Positions 12,001 through 23,207 of a stretch of DNA of 64,000 bases are shown here, piece by piece. The stretch's first letter is position 1, and each line of letters starts with the position of its first letter. Position numbers and translations under genes: made by a program. The notes below the pieces were generated by a model. The model had not been told where the DNA came from. It saw nothing but the letters and a program-made list of their open reading frames with translations, and made no database searches. Origin of the DNA: Okamejei kenojei (taxonomy: Eukaryota); assembly GCA_035221665.1 (NCBI GenBank), contig CM069159.1, positions 22,196,001 through 22,260,000 on the forward strand, in the 5' to 3' direction.

Positions 12001-13764
12001 AACCCCCCACCCCACCCCCCCCCTCTCCTCCCCGCCCCGCCCCCCCCTCGCCCGAACCCCTCGCCCCCCCCCCCTCCCCCTCACCCGCCCGCGCTCGCAC
12101 CCAACCCCCCATGCCCCCCCCCACACCCCCCCCCCTCCCCCCCCCCCCGCCGCACCCTCCCTCCCCACCCCCCACCCCCCCCGCCCCCTTCCTCCCCCCC
12201 CCTTTCCCCCCCCCGCCCGCACCCCCCCCACCGCCCCCCCCCCCCCCCTCCTCCCCCCCCCCCCCCCTCCCCCCCCCGCCTCACCCCCCCCCACCCCCGT
12301 CCTCTCCACCCCCGCGCCCTCCCCCCCCCCCCCCCCACCACCAGCACCCCCTCCACCCCCACCCCCCCCACCCCCCCCCCCCTCCCGCCCCCCCCCCCCC
12401 CCCCCGACCCAGCGCCCTCCCCCCCCCCACCCCACCCCCCTCCCCTACCCTCCCCCCCCCCCCCCCTCTCCCCCTCCCCCCCCCTCCCCTGCCCCCCCGC
12501 TCCGCCCCACCCACCACCCCCACCCCCCCCCCCACCCCCCCTCCCTCCCCCCCCCCTGCCACCACCCCCGCCCACCCCGCCCCCCCTCCCCCCGTACACC
12601 ACGGCCCCCCGCAACCGGCCCCCNNNNNNNNNNNNNNNNNNNNNNNNNNNNNNNNNNNNNNNNNNNNNNNNNNNNNNNNNNNNNNNNNNNNNNNNNNNNN
12701 NNNNNNNNNNNNNNNNNNNNNNNNNNNNNNNNNNNNNNNNNNNNNNNNNNNNNNNNNNNNNNNNNNNNNNNNNNNNNNNNNNNNNNNNNNNNNNNNNNNN
12801 NNNNNNNNNNNNNNNNNNNNNNNNNNNNNNNNNNNNNNNNNNNNNNNNNNNNNNNNNNNNNNNNNNNNNNNNNNNNNNNNNNNNNNNNNNNNNNNNNNNN
12901 NNNNNNNNNNNNNNNNNNNNNNNNNNNNNNNNNNNNNNNNNNNNNNNNNNNNNNNNNNNNGCCCCCGTCCTCCCCGTCCCCCCCCCCCCTAGCCCCCACC
13001 CACCCCCACCCTCGTCCCCCCCCCCCCCCTCCCCCCCTCCCCCGCCCCGCCCCCACCCCCCCCCACACCCCCCCCCCCCCCCACACCCCCCTATCGCCCC
13101 TCCCACCCCCATACACCCAACCCCCGTCCCGCCCGCCTCCCCTCCCCCCCCCCCCCCCCCCCCCCACCCCCCCCCCTACCCCCCCCCGCCCCGCGCCCCC
13201 CCCGCACAGCCCTCCCCCCCCCCCCCCCTCAGCCCCCCCCCCACCACAACTCATCCCACCTCACACGCCACCCCCCCCTCACCACTTCAACCAAATCCCA
13301 TATAACAAAACCCCAAACGCCTGGCCCATATACACCCCCCCCCACACAAAATAAAAAAACCACACACATCACCACCAAATAAAACCAACCCACAACACAC
13401 TCCCCCGTCCACACACCCCCACAAAAAAAACACACAACACAAACACCTACCACACACACACCACCCCCAACAGGACAAAAAACCCACCCACGAACAACAA
13501 TCCAACCCCACACAACAACCAAGCGAGAACAAAAAACCAAAAAACACTCAAACCACACCCCACCCCACGCCGAAACACCTCCAACAAACTACTCCCCAAC
13601 TGACACCAACAACAATCCACACCCTAATTAAAAAATATTACAAATCCCCCCCTCGAAGAACACCCGGCGGCACCGCCCCACCCCACTAAATTAACAGTCC
13701 ATGTTTCAAGCCCCAATGACCACCCCCACAACAACACCCCCACCCCACCCCCCTTATCTTCTTC
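9040..13764. other. C/A-rich low-complexity sequence around a 337-bp N gap (12624-12960); probable assembly artefact
   Basis: Long aperiodic poly-C runs grading out of L1 sequence on both sides of an N run; no stable repeat unit. Confidence 0.85.
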
Positions 13765-14122
13765 GAACTCAACAGGTCAAACAGTATCTGTGGAGGCAAG
13801 GGTATAATCGGCATTTTAGGTCAAGACCTTGCATTCCTTGCACATTTAAAATACATGGATATCAATCTTTTCAGTGATTGGATCCACAGAATGGCAGATG
13901 TGAGGTGGTTCCACATATTGGAAGGACATTAGAGGTGAGTTAACAACACTCTCAAGTGCAGGAACAGTATGGGGCAGCTGTTATATTGACTTCCTTTGAT
14001 TTATGGATTAGTGTAGAGATGGGAAATGTTCTCAAAATGATTTGATGTATCCAAATCGCAGTGTTAAAAATGGGGTCAGATGCTGGCTGGCACTGTAGCA
14101 TGCTAACCCATGACATCTTGCA

Positions 14123-14220
14123 TCTGAAGAAGGGTCTCAACCCGAAACCTCACCCATTCCTTCTCTCCAGAGATGCTGCCTGTCCTGCTGAATTACTCCA
14201 GCATTTTGTGTCTACCTTCA
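14123..14220 (+). mobile_element. Penelope-like terminal-repeat fragment beginning at the hammerhead core
   Basis: TCTGAAGAAGGGTCTCAACCCGAAACCTCACCCATTCC...CCAGCATTTTGTGTCTACC. Confidence 0.8.
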
Positions 14221-14339
14221 CCTTGAACCTCTTCATTTCCATTCAACCTGTAAATATCCTTGAAGAGCTGAGGATGTCTTTCAAAGCAGAAGCTTTCTAA
14301 ATTATCATCTCTACAACAAGGTTCACTTACATCTTGGTC

Positions 14340-14710
14340 ATTCCCCCTTCTCCCCACTCCCAAGCATCAGGCAGAGGATATAAAAGCTTAAAAGCACATT
14401 CCACCCGAATTCAGAAACTAATTCTTGTCCGGTCTTATTAGACCACTGAATGGACCTTTCATAAGCTAAGTGTGTAGTGCTGATCTCCCAACCTACCTCA
14501 TTGTGGCCCTTGTACAATTTCTTTTTTTGTTTGCACTTTCTCTACAGCTGTAACACTGTAATGCTGCAGCAATATACTTTGCACGCTGGTTGTTTCTTCT
14601 CCTTGCACTAGGAGTTGTAGTTGTGTATGATTGTAGTCACAAATGATATAATTTGACTGGATAGCATGCAAAACAAAGCTTTTCATGTGACAAAAATAAA
14701 CTAATGCCAA
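14340..14710 (+). mobile_element. Rex1/Babar LINE 3' end
   Basis: Degenerate FSPLP.SGRGYKSLKAH.TR..N.F...IRPLN matches the Rex1/Babar C-terminal pattern LPSGRRYRS...TTR.RNSFFP..IRLLN; 3' UTR ends GACAAAAATAAACTAA. Confidence 0.7.
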
Positions 14711-14879
14711 AAGTAAAATTCCACATTTTCAAATGCCTCATATTTTAGAAACATTATTAACTCAGTCTTTGTTTATAGTACATGAGAAAGTCTCTTTAAT
14801 TGTATCTTCAAAAGTGACTGCAGAATTGCTATTTTTGGTTAAGATTCTGATGGAAGTTAAATCAGTTATAATTCACCTA

Positions 14880-15272
14880 AAAGGTAACACATTTGAAAAT
14901 ACAGTAACTCTTGCAGATAGATCAGCAGCCAGGTTTTCCAAAATCCCACAAACAATAAGATAATGGCCAGAACATTTGTTTGATGAGGGATAAATATTGG
15001 TCAGGGCATTGGGGAGAACTCCCCTCTTCTGCTTCAGAATGCAGATAGTTTTATAATAATAATAATTCTTTATTTCGAACAGAATAAAAAAATAAAAGCA
15101 TGTATAAAACAGCATACAAAAAAGGTATTTGGTCAAACATCACACCGAAACGTTGCCACTGCCAGTACCTGCAGCACTACACTGAGAGGCTATTCCAGAT
15201 GATGTGTTCAGGCCTCTGCAGAGGGACATGAATCAATCTCATGGATTAAAGAGGAGAGATTGCAAAGACTGA
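14880..15272 (-). mobile_element. Deu-domain SINE (SacSINE1/AmnSINE1-like), degraded and interrupted at ~15048-15120
   Basis: ATCCCACAAACAA..GATAATGGCCAGA..TGAGGGATAAATATTGGTCAGGGCATTGGGGAGAACTCCCCTCTTCT resembles the antisense Deu domain. Confidence 0.6.
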
Positions 15273-15299
15273 GATTTGGATCCATTAAGTGTCAATGTT

Positions 15300-15431
15300 G
15301 AGCACCCAGAGTAAACCCGCGCGGTCACAGGGAGAATGTGCAAACTCAATACAGACAGCACTCGTAGATAGGACCGAACCCGGTTCTCTGGCGCTGTAAG
15401 GCAGCAACTCTACCGCTGCACCGCTATGCTG
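15300..15431 (-). mobile_element. HE1/V-SINE-type SINE 5' part
   Basis: AAACCCGCGCGGTCACAGGGAGAATGTGCAAACTC...GAACCCGG..CTGGCGCTGTAAGGCAGCAACTCTACCGCTGC. Confidence 0.8.
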
Positions 15432-15524
15432 TAGTTGTTGGGTACTGGGTATAAATGACCTTCGAACATGTGTACCACAGATTGATTGGCTGAATCAAAG
15501 GAATATTTTGTTTTAACGATGTAT

Positions 15525-15622
15525 TAACAAGGAACTGTAGAAGCTGGTTCATACCAAAGATGGACACAAAGTGCTGGAGTAACTCAATGGGTCAGGCAGC
15601 ATCTCTGCAGAATATGGATAGG
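15525..15622 (-). mobile_element. Penelope-like terminal-repeat fragment
   Basis: AAGGAACTGTAGAAGCTGG...GGACACAAAGTGCTGGAGTAACTCAATGGGTCAGGCAGCATCTCTG. Confidence 0.7.
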
Positions 15623-15874
15623 CAACCTCTACGATATATAACCTTAGAATTGGTTGATTCATTACATATTAAGGGTGTATTAATCGCTGTATGAGTGGTG
15701 AAGTTTAAGGACCCTGTAACCCCTTTTACATATGAGTGAATAAATTGATAGACATTTCTACTGACTATTGTGAGGTGTACAGAGTGACAATCACGATTTG
15801 CAATGTCATCTGGGGAGGATCGAATATATACCAATTCTATTGTGCAAGTACTATGCGAGGAGCCGAGGTTCTGA

Positions 15875-16155
15875 AGTGTCGATCCAGAGACATAAATTCA
15901 AATGCTTTCTACGGCAGATGTGGAATTTGAATTAAGAATAATTCAATAGAAACATTAAATTAAAAGAAGCTAGTTTCAGCAATAAAAAAATAAAATCTGT
16001 TTCACTAATGCCCTTTAGGGAAGGCAAACTGCTGTTCTTACCTGATTCTAGCCTTTATATGACCCACTGATCTGGTTGACGGTTATTAATGGCAAATTAG
16101 AATGGCAATAAATGCTGAATTGCTAGTAATGTCTACAATCCATGAATTAATAAAT
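15875..16155 (+). mobile_element. Old elasmobranch SINE with CR1/L2-type tail
   Basis: GGCAGATGTGGAATTTGAATT...TTCACTAATGCCCTTTAGGGAAGGCAAACTGCTGTTCTTACCTG...GGCAATAAATGCTG...CCATGAATTAATAAA; tail resembles that of 24030-24335. Confidence 0.55.
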
Positions 16156-16903
16156 TATTTTAAAAAATGGTCGCAGGGATTCATTCATATTCTTACCTCA
16201 TTGCCTGATTTGCTACTTTCTTAAATTAATCTGATTTGGCTTCAAATGAAATCTGTAATTCCTGGAGGAAGGAGCCAGGGTTAAAAAAAAAGTCATGCCT
16301 TTTATCACTACTCCGTTAAAATATCTACATCTTCCACTGCAACAGCAGAACTACAAGGTGATGCATTTCTTTGAAGGTCAAACGTTCAGTTTTCTAGAGG
16401 CTAAATTAATTCTCCCAATGATGAACTTTGCATAGAAGTTAGCCACTTGAAGAATTCTGATGGATTGTAAACTCACTTAGCGAAGTCAAGCCTGTAGTGA
16501 TATTATCCCATTAAAATGTCAGTGAAGGCAGGATATTCAAATCAGGCATCTCTGCAGCGAGGACAAGACTGGATAATTATAGACTCAACATGCCACCGCT
16601 GGTACCTCTGGCTTGTTTTTTAGCTCCTCATGTGACAAATGGGCACTGCTTAGCAATTCTGATTAGCGTAAAATGACATTTAAAATGCTTGCAGAAGCTC
16701 TGTTGCAGAAATGTTCTTTCAAAGTCTCTTAGCCTCTGACAGGGCCAGAGCACATTTTAATTTATATAACATTTCCTGAGCAATGTTTTATATAGTGGAA
16801 GCTTTCTGCTAGACTGTAACCTTTTGAGAGGACATATAAAGTAGAGATTCAGGCTGAGCGCAAACAGGAGGTATTGCATCAGCCACAATGTTAAATAGTC
16901 TGT

Positions 16904-17082
16904 AGACACAAAATGCTGGAGTAACTCAGCGGGACAGGCAGCATCTTCAGTCTGAAGGAGGGTCTCAACCCGAAATGTCACCCATTTCCTCTCTCCAGAG
17001 ACGCTGCCTGTCCCACTGAGCTCCTCCAGCGTTTTGTGTCTACCTTCGATTTGAACCAGCATCAGCAGTTCTTTCCTACATG
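16904..17082 (+). mobile_element. Penelope-like short insertion with inverted 5' arm
   Basis: ~43-bp inverted arm, then TCTGAAGGAGGGTCTCAACCCGAAATGTC...; 15-bp TSD TGTT(A/G)AATAGTCTGT at 16889-16903 and 17083-17097. Confidence 0.82.
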
Positions 17083-17532
17083 TGTTGAATAGTCTGTTCC
17101 ATTGAGTTAAATTGTATCAATATCTACATGGCACTTACACCAGTTCTGATTTAATGCTTGTTCTTGGCATCCCATCAATTTGAATATCACACCAACCACT
17201 TCACCCCCCCCCCCCCCCCCCCTCCCCGCCATTGTTTTTGTCCTGAGACTGCCAGCAAAGAAATGGCAGGATATCTCTCTCCACAATACCATTTTTTTAG
17301 CATTGGCAAATTAAAAGTGTTTCTGTTTCAGAATGAGATCTAGTAATGATCACTGATGGTTCATTTAGCATCATTCCATCATTGACTGGGACTTTTGAGT
17401 GTGAAGCACTCCTGTGCTCCTGATGTGGGATTGTTCGTTGTGCAAGGCTCTTTTTGGACTACGTTATTCCGACAATGACCATCGTTACGAAATCTGGGTC
17501 TTCCCAGTGTAGTGCCAGATGGAGATGTCTAT

Positions 17533-17597
17533 CAAGTTAGTGAATTACCCCATTTAGTGAATTCCACAAGTTGGTGAATTTCACAAGTTAGTGAATT
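17533..17597. repeat. Short tandem repeat, ~17-bp period, about 4 copies
   Basis: Unit approximately CACAAGTTAGTGAATT(T/C). Confidence 0.75.
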
Positions 17598-18081
17598 ACA
17601 TACCTGCACCCTTTGTGCAATCTGTCATTATCCCCTGAGATCCAGTCTGTCTTCCCAACCTTGCAAATTCCTGAGGCCCTGTCTTCTGAATCTTAGAATG
17701 TCTTGGGCCAGGCTTTGACCTCTTGAATTGACACTTTACGGACCTCCCCACGGCATCTCCTACCTCAGTGATGTCCCCAATGCCCCACAAGTCACCATGT
17801 GCTGGTATCAGATCTAAGTCTTCCAGCAATCAAAATACTCCTGGCACTGCTCACACTTCTCCACTGCCATCCAAGTTGCAGAATTTAGATGTCCTCAGCT
17901 TCACTACATTCATTATCATTGGCGATAATAAAGGCCTGGTCACCCTTGGGCCAAAGGTGCAACTGATATTTAGAGTGGAGTTAATGTCAAAATGGTGGTT
18001 GGTGTCTTGTTCTCTCATCTTAGCTGCTGTAGAACTTATAGGTAATTGCCTGCATGCGTTATGAATGAGAATCTCAATAAT

Positions 18082-18384
18082 AGCGGTGCAATCTCACAGC
18101 ACCAGAGACCCGGGTTTGATCCTGTCCTTGGTGCTGTCAGTGCAGAGTTTGCATGTTCTCCCTGTGACTGTGTGGGTTTCCCCTGGGTGCTCCAGTTTCA
18201 TCCCACATCCCAAAACACGTATGTTTGTAGTTTAAATTCCCCCTATAAATTGCCCCTAGTGTGCAGGGAGTGGATGAGAAAGTGGGATAACATAAAACTA
18301 GTGTGAACGCATGATCGATGGTGGGTGCGGCTGGAGTGGGCCAAAGTGCCTGTTTCCGTGCTGTATCTCTAATCAAAACTAAAA
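18082..18384 (+). mobile_element. HE1/V-SINE-type SINE
   Basis: CTCACAGCACCAGAGACCCGGGTTTGATCCTG head, V-domain, GGGCCAAAGTGCCTGTTTCCGTGCTGTATCTCTAA tail. Confidence 0.85.
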
Positions 18385-20093
18385 TAGGCAGGCAGAGTTA
18401 TATGGTGCTGTCATTTTCATCTTCCCTCTGCAATGCTAATGCCGTTAAACAATTGTTGGTGTGTTATTGTTTTCTGATAAGCAATTGATTCTGACAGAAA
18501 GCAAATACAGAAATAATGGATCCTTTGCAATTTCCAAACTATTTATTAGATTGCTCGATGATCTGCATCTGGAACAGCAATCCTGTAAAGCATGGTTGTC
18601 TGAGCTTTATGTCTCTGACAGTAGTTAATACAAAACATGGAGCTTCCAGAGCACTGTGAAGTTTCAATCCTATGGCCCTATTATCTTATGTAAATCTCAA
18701 GAACCTAGAGTCCTCCTTTCACGGTTCGTCTGCCAACAAAACAGCACCACAAACCGTTGGCCTTTTCAAGCCAGCCGTGAATATTATGTACTTGGGAAAT
18801 TGTAACTGGCTGTTTATGGACAGTGAAGTGAATGGTGTCTGTCGGCCATATCATTCAGCTTGGAATGAGTTCTGGTGACAGGAGAATATTATCCCTCCCA
18901 TAATGTGCGGTTACCTGATGTGTAAAGGAGAGAAAATCTGCAATGCTGTGAATCTGAATCAACCTTGATCTGTCCTTCCCCAAATTCTTGGAAATGTAAT
19001 CGGGATCGAGGCTGTCTCGTTATTATCTGTTGACTCGTGTTCTAAGATATAATGGTCCAATTAGGCTTTAATCGTGTAATTTGCTTATTAAACCCAAGCG
19101 AGAAGATATTAGGCGTTAATTATTACTGGCCTTGATTTTTATAACAAATTGTATGGAAATAATGATCAGCTGAACAGAATAAGAGAACAGTTCTCCCAGG
19201 CTGTCGTTGTGTGGGAGGTATGCATTACTTGAGTGCATGTTACGTTTGGCAAGACAAAAGTGGGACTTTCTGTGCAGATGTTATATCACCCCATAAATAC
19301 CCTCACATAGTTTCTTCTCTGTTTAAAGTCTCAACGCTTAGGCCTGAATTTCAATGTGTTCTTACAATTAATGTCAACAAAGTAATGAAACATTCCTGGA
19401 TTTTATGTAAGTATATGTGCTAATCGCCGCTTTTTGATTTGGTCCGAGAAAGAATGTCTTTATTCCTTGGAGATAATTTGGCCAGTTTAAAATTGTCTAT
19501 TGTTTTCTCTGTGAGGCAATTTTACTTTCTTCTTAATTAAGAAGAAAGTAAAGTTGACTCACAGATGTTTCAGTAATTTTACCCTGGAATAAGGAGCAGA
19601 AAATGGCATATGTTGGATAATTATCATCCATTGCCTGTGATAAACATCCCTTTGAAATTTGACTTCTGCTTCTGTAATGTGGTTCAATAATGTAATCTGT
19701 TCTAACCTGACATGTTGCAGCCTAATTATATCTTAGAATCTGTCCCATAATTGTTAGCAATGATATTCCAACCTCCAATCGTGTCAGCTCATAAAATAGA
19801 CCCCAAATAGAACGTTTTACAGCACTTCATGGAAGGGTTTTGGGAATTTCTAACCGATGAACAGATTAACTAAAATTTGTCAGAATGGACTAGTAAGAAA
19901 GTGTCCAGTGCTTTTCATAAATATTATATATTTATTTTCATATAAATTGGCAATGTGCGCAAAAACCACACTACTGGATGTGAGAAGAAGCGTAAATTCA
20001 TCGTGCAGCTGAGCTCTCCAGTCAGGGTTTGACATCTGCTTGACACTGATAAAGTTGATTTCACCAAATATGACTGTAAAGGCAATACAGTGA

Positions 20094-20733
20094 GTTTAGA
20101 GCTACAGCGTGAAAACAGGCCCTTTGGCCCAACGAGTCCGCACCAACCTACGGTCCCAGCACCATAGAACTATCCTACAGACACCAGGGACAATTTATAT
20201 TTATAGAAAGCCAATTAACGTACAAACCTGTACGTCTTTTTTTTAAATCAAAAAGTTTATTCAATTATTAAAAATAGTATTTACAATACAATAAATCAAA
20301 CCAGAACCCACCACCATAATACAAGACAAACAAATATACTAAATAAACTATACAACTATGTTACACTCCTTGTCAAGGATGCATTCAACCCCTCGCGGTG
20401 CTCAGCGGTCCTGGAAATCCTCCAGGGTGCCTGCGGAAAAGGGGCAGGCATTTGGCTCGGGCAGAGCCCTCTTCCACCTGGCGCCATGACTATCGGATGG
20501 CCAGCTTGGCCAGGCCCAGGAGCAACCCAACCAGGGCATCTTCGGCCCTACCCTAACCTGTACGTCTTTGGAGTGTGGGAGGAAACCGATGACCTCAGAG
20601 AAAACCCACAGGGTCATGGGGAGAACGTACAAACTCCGTTCAGACAGCACCCGTAGCCGGGATCGAACCTGGGTCTCTGGCACTGAGAGCACTGTAAGGC
20701 AGGAACTCTACCCACTGCACCACCATGCCACCC
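20094..20733 (-). mobile_element. HE1/V-SINE-type SINE split by a Tx1 insertion
   Basis: SINE tail 20094-20239 and head 20555-20733 rejoin at the duplicated AACCTGTACGTCTTT. Confidence 0.85.
20240..20554 (-). mobile_element. Tx1-clade LINE 3' fragment
   Basis: Minus strand EDALVGLLLGLAKLAI...CLPLFR / GTLEDFQDR*APRGVECIL, a Tx1-type ORF2 end; T-rich tail; 15-bp TSD at 20225-20239 and 20555-20569. Confidence 0.75.
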
Positions 20734-21186
20734 TGCTGCGCCACCATGGAGCGATCTGTAGGAAAGGATCTGCTGTCAGGAAGATGAAAGAAAACACGGA
20801 AGATGGGGGAAATATGTCTTCAGTGTGTCTCATCCCCACACAATCATCTACAGAAGCCCCACATGTCCCATATCACAGGGAGGACAGGCTCATCATATTG
20901 ACTGAGATAGGTGCATGCATTTGTAGTGTGCATTATGTAGAAAGGCAGCAATAAATAATGGCACACCAGCAATGTTGTTTCAAATACTCTTGAACAATGA
21001 AAATAAAGACTGGCCTTTGCCAAACACAATGGCTTGAGGAATAAGTCACCCCATTAAGTCACATCTTCTAGTCAATTTCGGTTTGCCCCTTGTTCTATTG
21101 TGAGGTATAAACACAGTTTGTTGTATTCACTGATTTAACACTAATTTCAGTCAGTAAATACAAAAATTACATTATTATATTCTGCG

Positions 21187-21294
21187 GTAGACAAAAATGC
21201 TGGAGAAACTCAGCGGGTGCTGCCTCACCCGCTGAGTTTCTCCAGCATTTTTGTCTACGTTCGATTTTCCAGCATCTGCAGTTCCTTCTTAAAC
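21187..21294 (+). mobile_element. Penelope-like short palindromic insertion
   Basis: GTAGACAAAAATGCTGGAGAAACTCAGCGGGTG is mirrored by CACCCGCTGAGTTTCTCCAGCATTTTTGTCTAC; 15-bp TSD TTATTATATT(C/A)TGCG at 21172-21186 and 21295-21309. Confidence 0.82.
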
Positions 21295-21309
21295 TTATTA
21301 TATTATGCG

Positions 21310-21468
21310 CTCTGTATCCTCCGCTTTGCTCTATCTATTGTACTTGAGTTTGAATTTGTCTTTGAGTTTGTATCTGTGTATGGTATATCTGATCTGTTTA
21401 GATTGCAAGCAAAACAAAGGTTATCACTGTACTTCAGTATACATGATAATAATAAACCTAAACCTAAT
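21310..21468 (+). mobile_element. Rex1/Babar-type 3' UTR
   Basis: Resembles 14570-14710 (GCAAAACAAAG..TT.CACTGTA...GATAATAATAAACCTAAACCTAA). Confidence 0.55.
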
Positions 21469-22149
21469 TCGATGCTGGGCAAACATTAGACAAGTACAGT
21501 GTTATTTCCTGATGTTGCTTATTAAACTGGAATGATCACATGCTTGATCTAACATGCATAGGAAAGTCATGTGTAAACTGCACGTGAAAATATATGCATA
21601 TATTAAATTTCTAGGCACTACTCACAAGAGCATAAATCTGATGATTACAACAAGGGATAGGTGGGAGCATCTGTGAAAAACTGATAGTGTTTCCAACTGA
21701 AACAATAATCTGTGGAGAGAAAAACAAAATTAATGGTTCAGATGGAAACACTTCATCAAAACCTTTCACAGATGCTGCCTGACTGCTGAGTGTTGCCAGA
21801 CTTTACTGTTTAAAAAAAAAATTCTGCTTTCCCAGCATCCATAGTTCTTGATTTTCATTTTCAATGATCGTTACCATCTTTTCTTAAATTCAAAATATAC
21901 TCGTGCCAGAATCCTGATCTTAACCTTCGCTTTAATAAGGTACTTCATGGAGACGGTTATGAGTGGTGGAAAATGTGGTACAGCCAGGAAATATTGAGCA
22001 AAGCTAAGTATTTGTCATCAGCTCAAGATGACTAGGAGATAAGGAGGATCAGGTGTGGATCATGTGACTGAAGAGGCTGTTTTCATGCTGCAGAACTCTA
22101 TTATTTTTTGGGACTTGGTCTTCAGTTTACGTTTCAGAAATATTCTTGT

Positions 22150-22268
22150 TGGAAGGACCTGCAGATGCTGGTTTACACCGAAGATGGACACAAAATGCTG
22201 GAGTAACTCATTCCTTTTATCCAGAGAAGCTGCCTGTCCCGCTAAGATACTCCAGCAATTTGTGTCTA
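22150..22268. mobile_element. Penelope-like inverted terminal-repeat pair with central deletion
   Basis: GACACAAAATGCTGGAGTAACT ... TACTCCAGCAATTTGTGTC. Confidence 0.7.
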
Positions 22269-22539
22269 ATACACAAACAGTATAGTGTGTGGCAATAAGG
22301 TGCTTTGGAATATGATGGAGCAAGAAAAAAACATATAAATCCAAATCTTTCTTCACTTGAATTAAACCTGTACATTGTAGGAATTTAGTTCCCAATAACC
22401 CAGGCTAGCCCAGGTCTCTTTAAGGGAAAGAAATGAAATCTGGCTAAAATGTTGTGAATGTATGAATTTGTTGAATTGACTTCATTTGTCACCTTCATTT
22501 CGGTCTCTCTTGTGATTCAACATAGCCGTGGGATCAAGT

Positions 22540-22627
22540 AATGTTACATATTCTGTTGTGCTGCTGCAAGTAAGAATTTCATTGTTCTATCTGGGCCATA
22601 TGACAATAAAACACTCTTGACTCTTGA
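22540..22627 (+). mobile_element. Rex1/Babar-type LINE 3' tail
   Basis: GCTGCTGCAAGTAAGAATTTCATTGTTC...GACAATAAAACACTCTTGACTCTTGA with repeated tail unit. Confidence 0.55.
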
Positions 22628-23207
22628 ACAACTGCACCCCTACCCTACCCCTTTGTGTCAGCTCATTTCAGTGGTAAGTATGCAGTCTCTTGGTGTAACC
22701 TATTATTCTTGCGTAAGACATAATTTTCTAGAATAAAAAATACTTCCAGGTTAAGGTTTTTTTTTGCAAAGATTTATTATATCAAAATACAAAACATTTT
22801 TGAAGCAGGACAGTGTTACATGGGTACTAAGCAGCTGAAAATGTCCACACAGTCGCTCCCACGCTACATTGCAGTTAAATGCCCTCTATTGTCTTGACAA
22901 TGAACAAATTGTCACAGGCTCTTCATTGAGCATGTAGGTTTCTTCATGAGCATGCAATGTTTTTACTCTGATTGATTACACAGGTTTGCAATATTCAGAA
23001 ATGGTTGGGTACCAGGACTCCTCCCATCCATACAGAGTATAGTAAATAAGGTGTTTGAAAACTACCATGAGCTTTACTGCCGGTATCACCTGATATTGTA
23101 AGCCTGACTTCCCTGTCAGTAGATACAATTCTCAACTGAGTAATATACTCAGAACTCATACATTTAAAAAAAAAGGAATTGTAAACACACTCAGACGTAA
23201 GTGAAAT

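Noticed and set aside
11180-13240. G-quadruplex array, satellite or telomere-like tract
   Set aside because: No stable repeat unit or TTAGGG array, and it is adjacent to an assembly gap.
9306-13558. Long Pro-, Gly- and His-rich ORFs (up to 470 aa) resembling extensin or formin
   Set aside because: They arise from stop-poor poly-C sequence, overlap in many frames on both strands and run through N bases; the region is a probable artefact inside an L1 insertion.
15624-15870. Possible MITE from inverted AACCTC and TAGAATTGGT motifs
   Set aside because: Matches are short, unequally spaced and have no TSD; consistent with chance.
17533-17597. CRISPR-like repeat
   Set aside because: 17-bp tandem period with no unique spacers, no cas genes, eukaryotic context.
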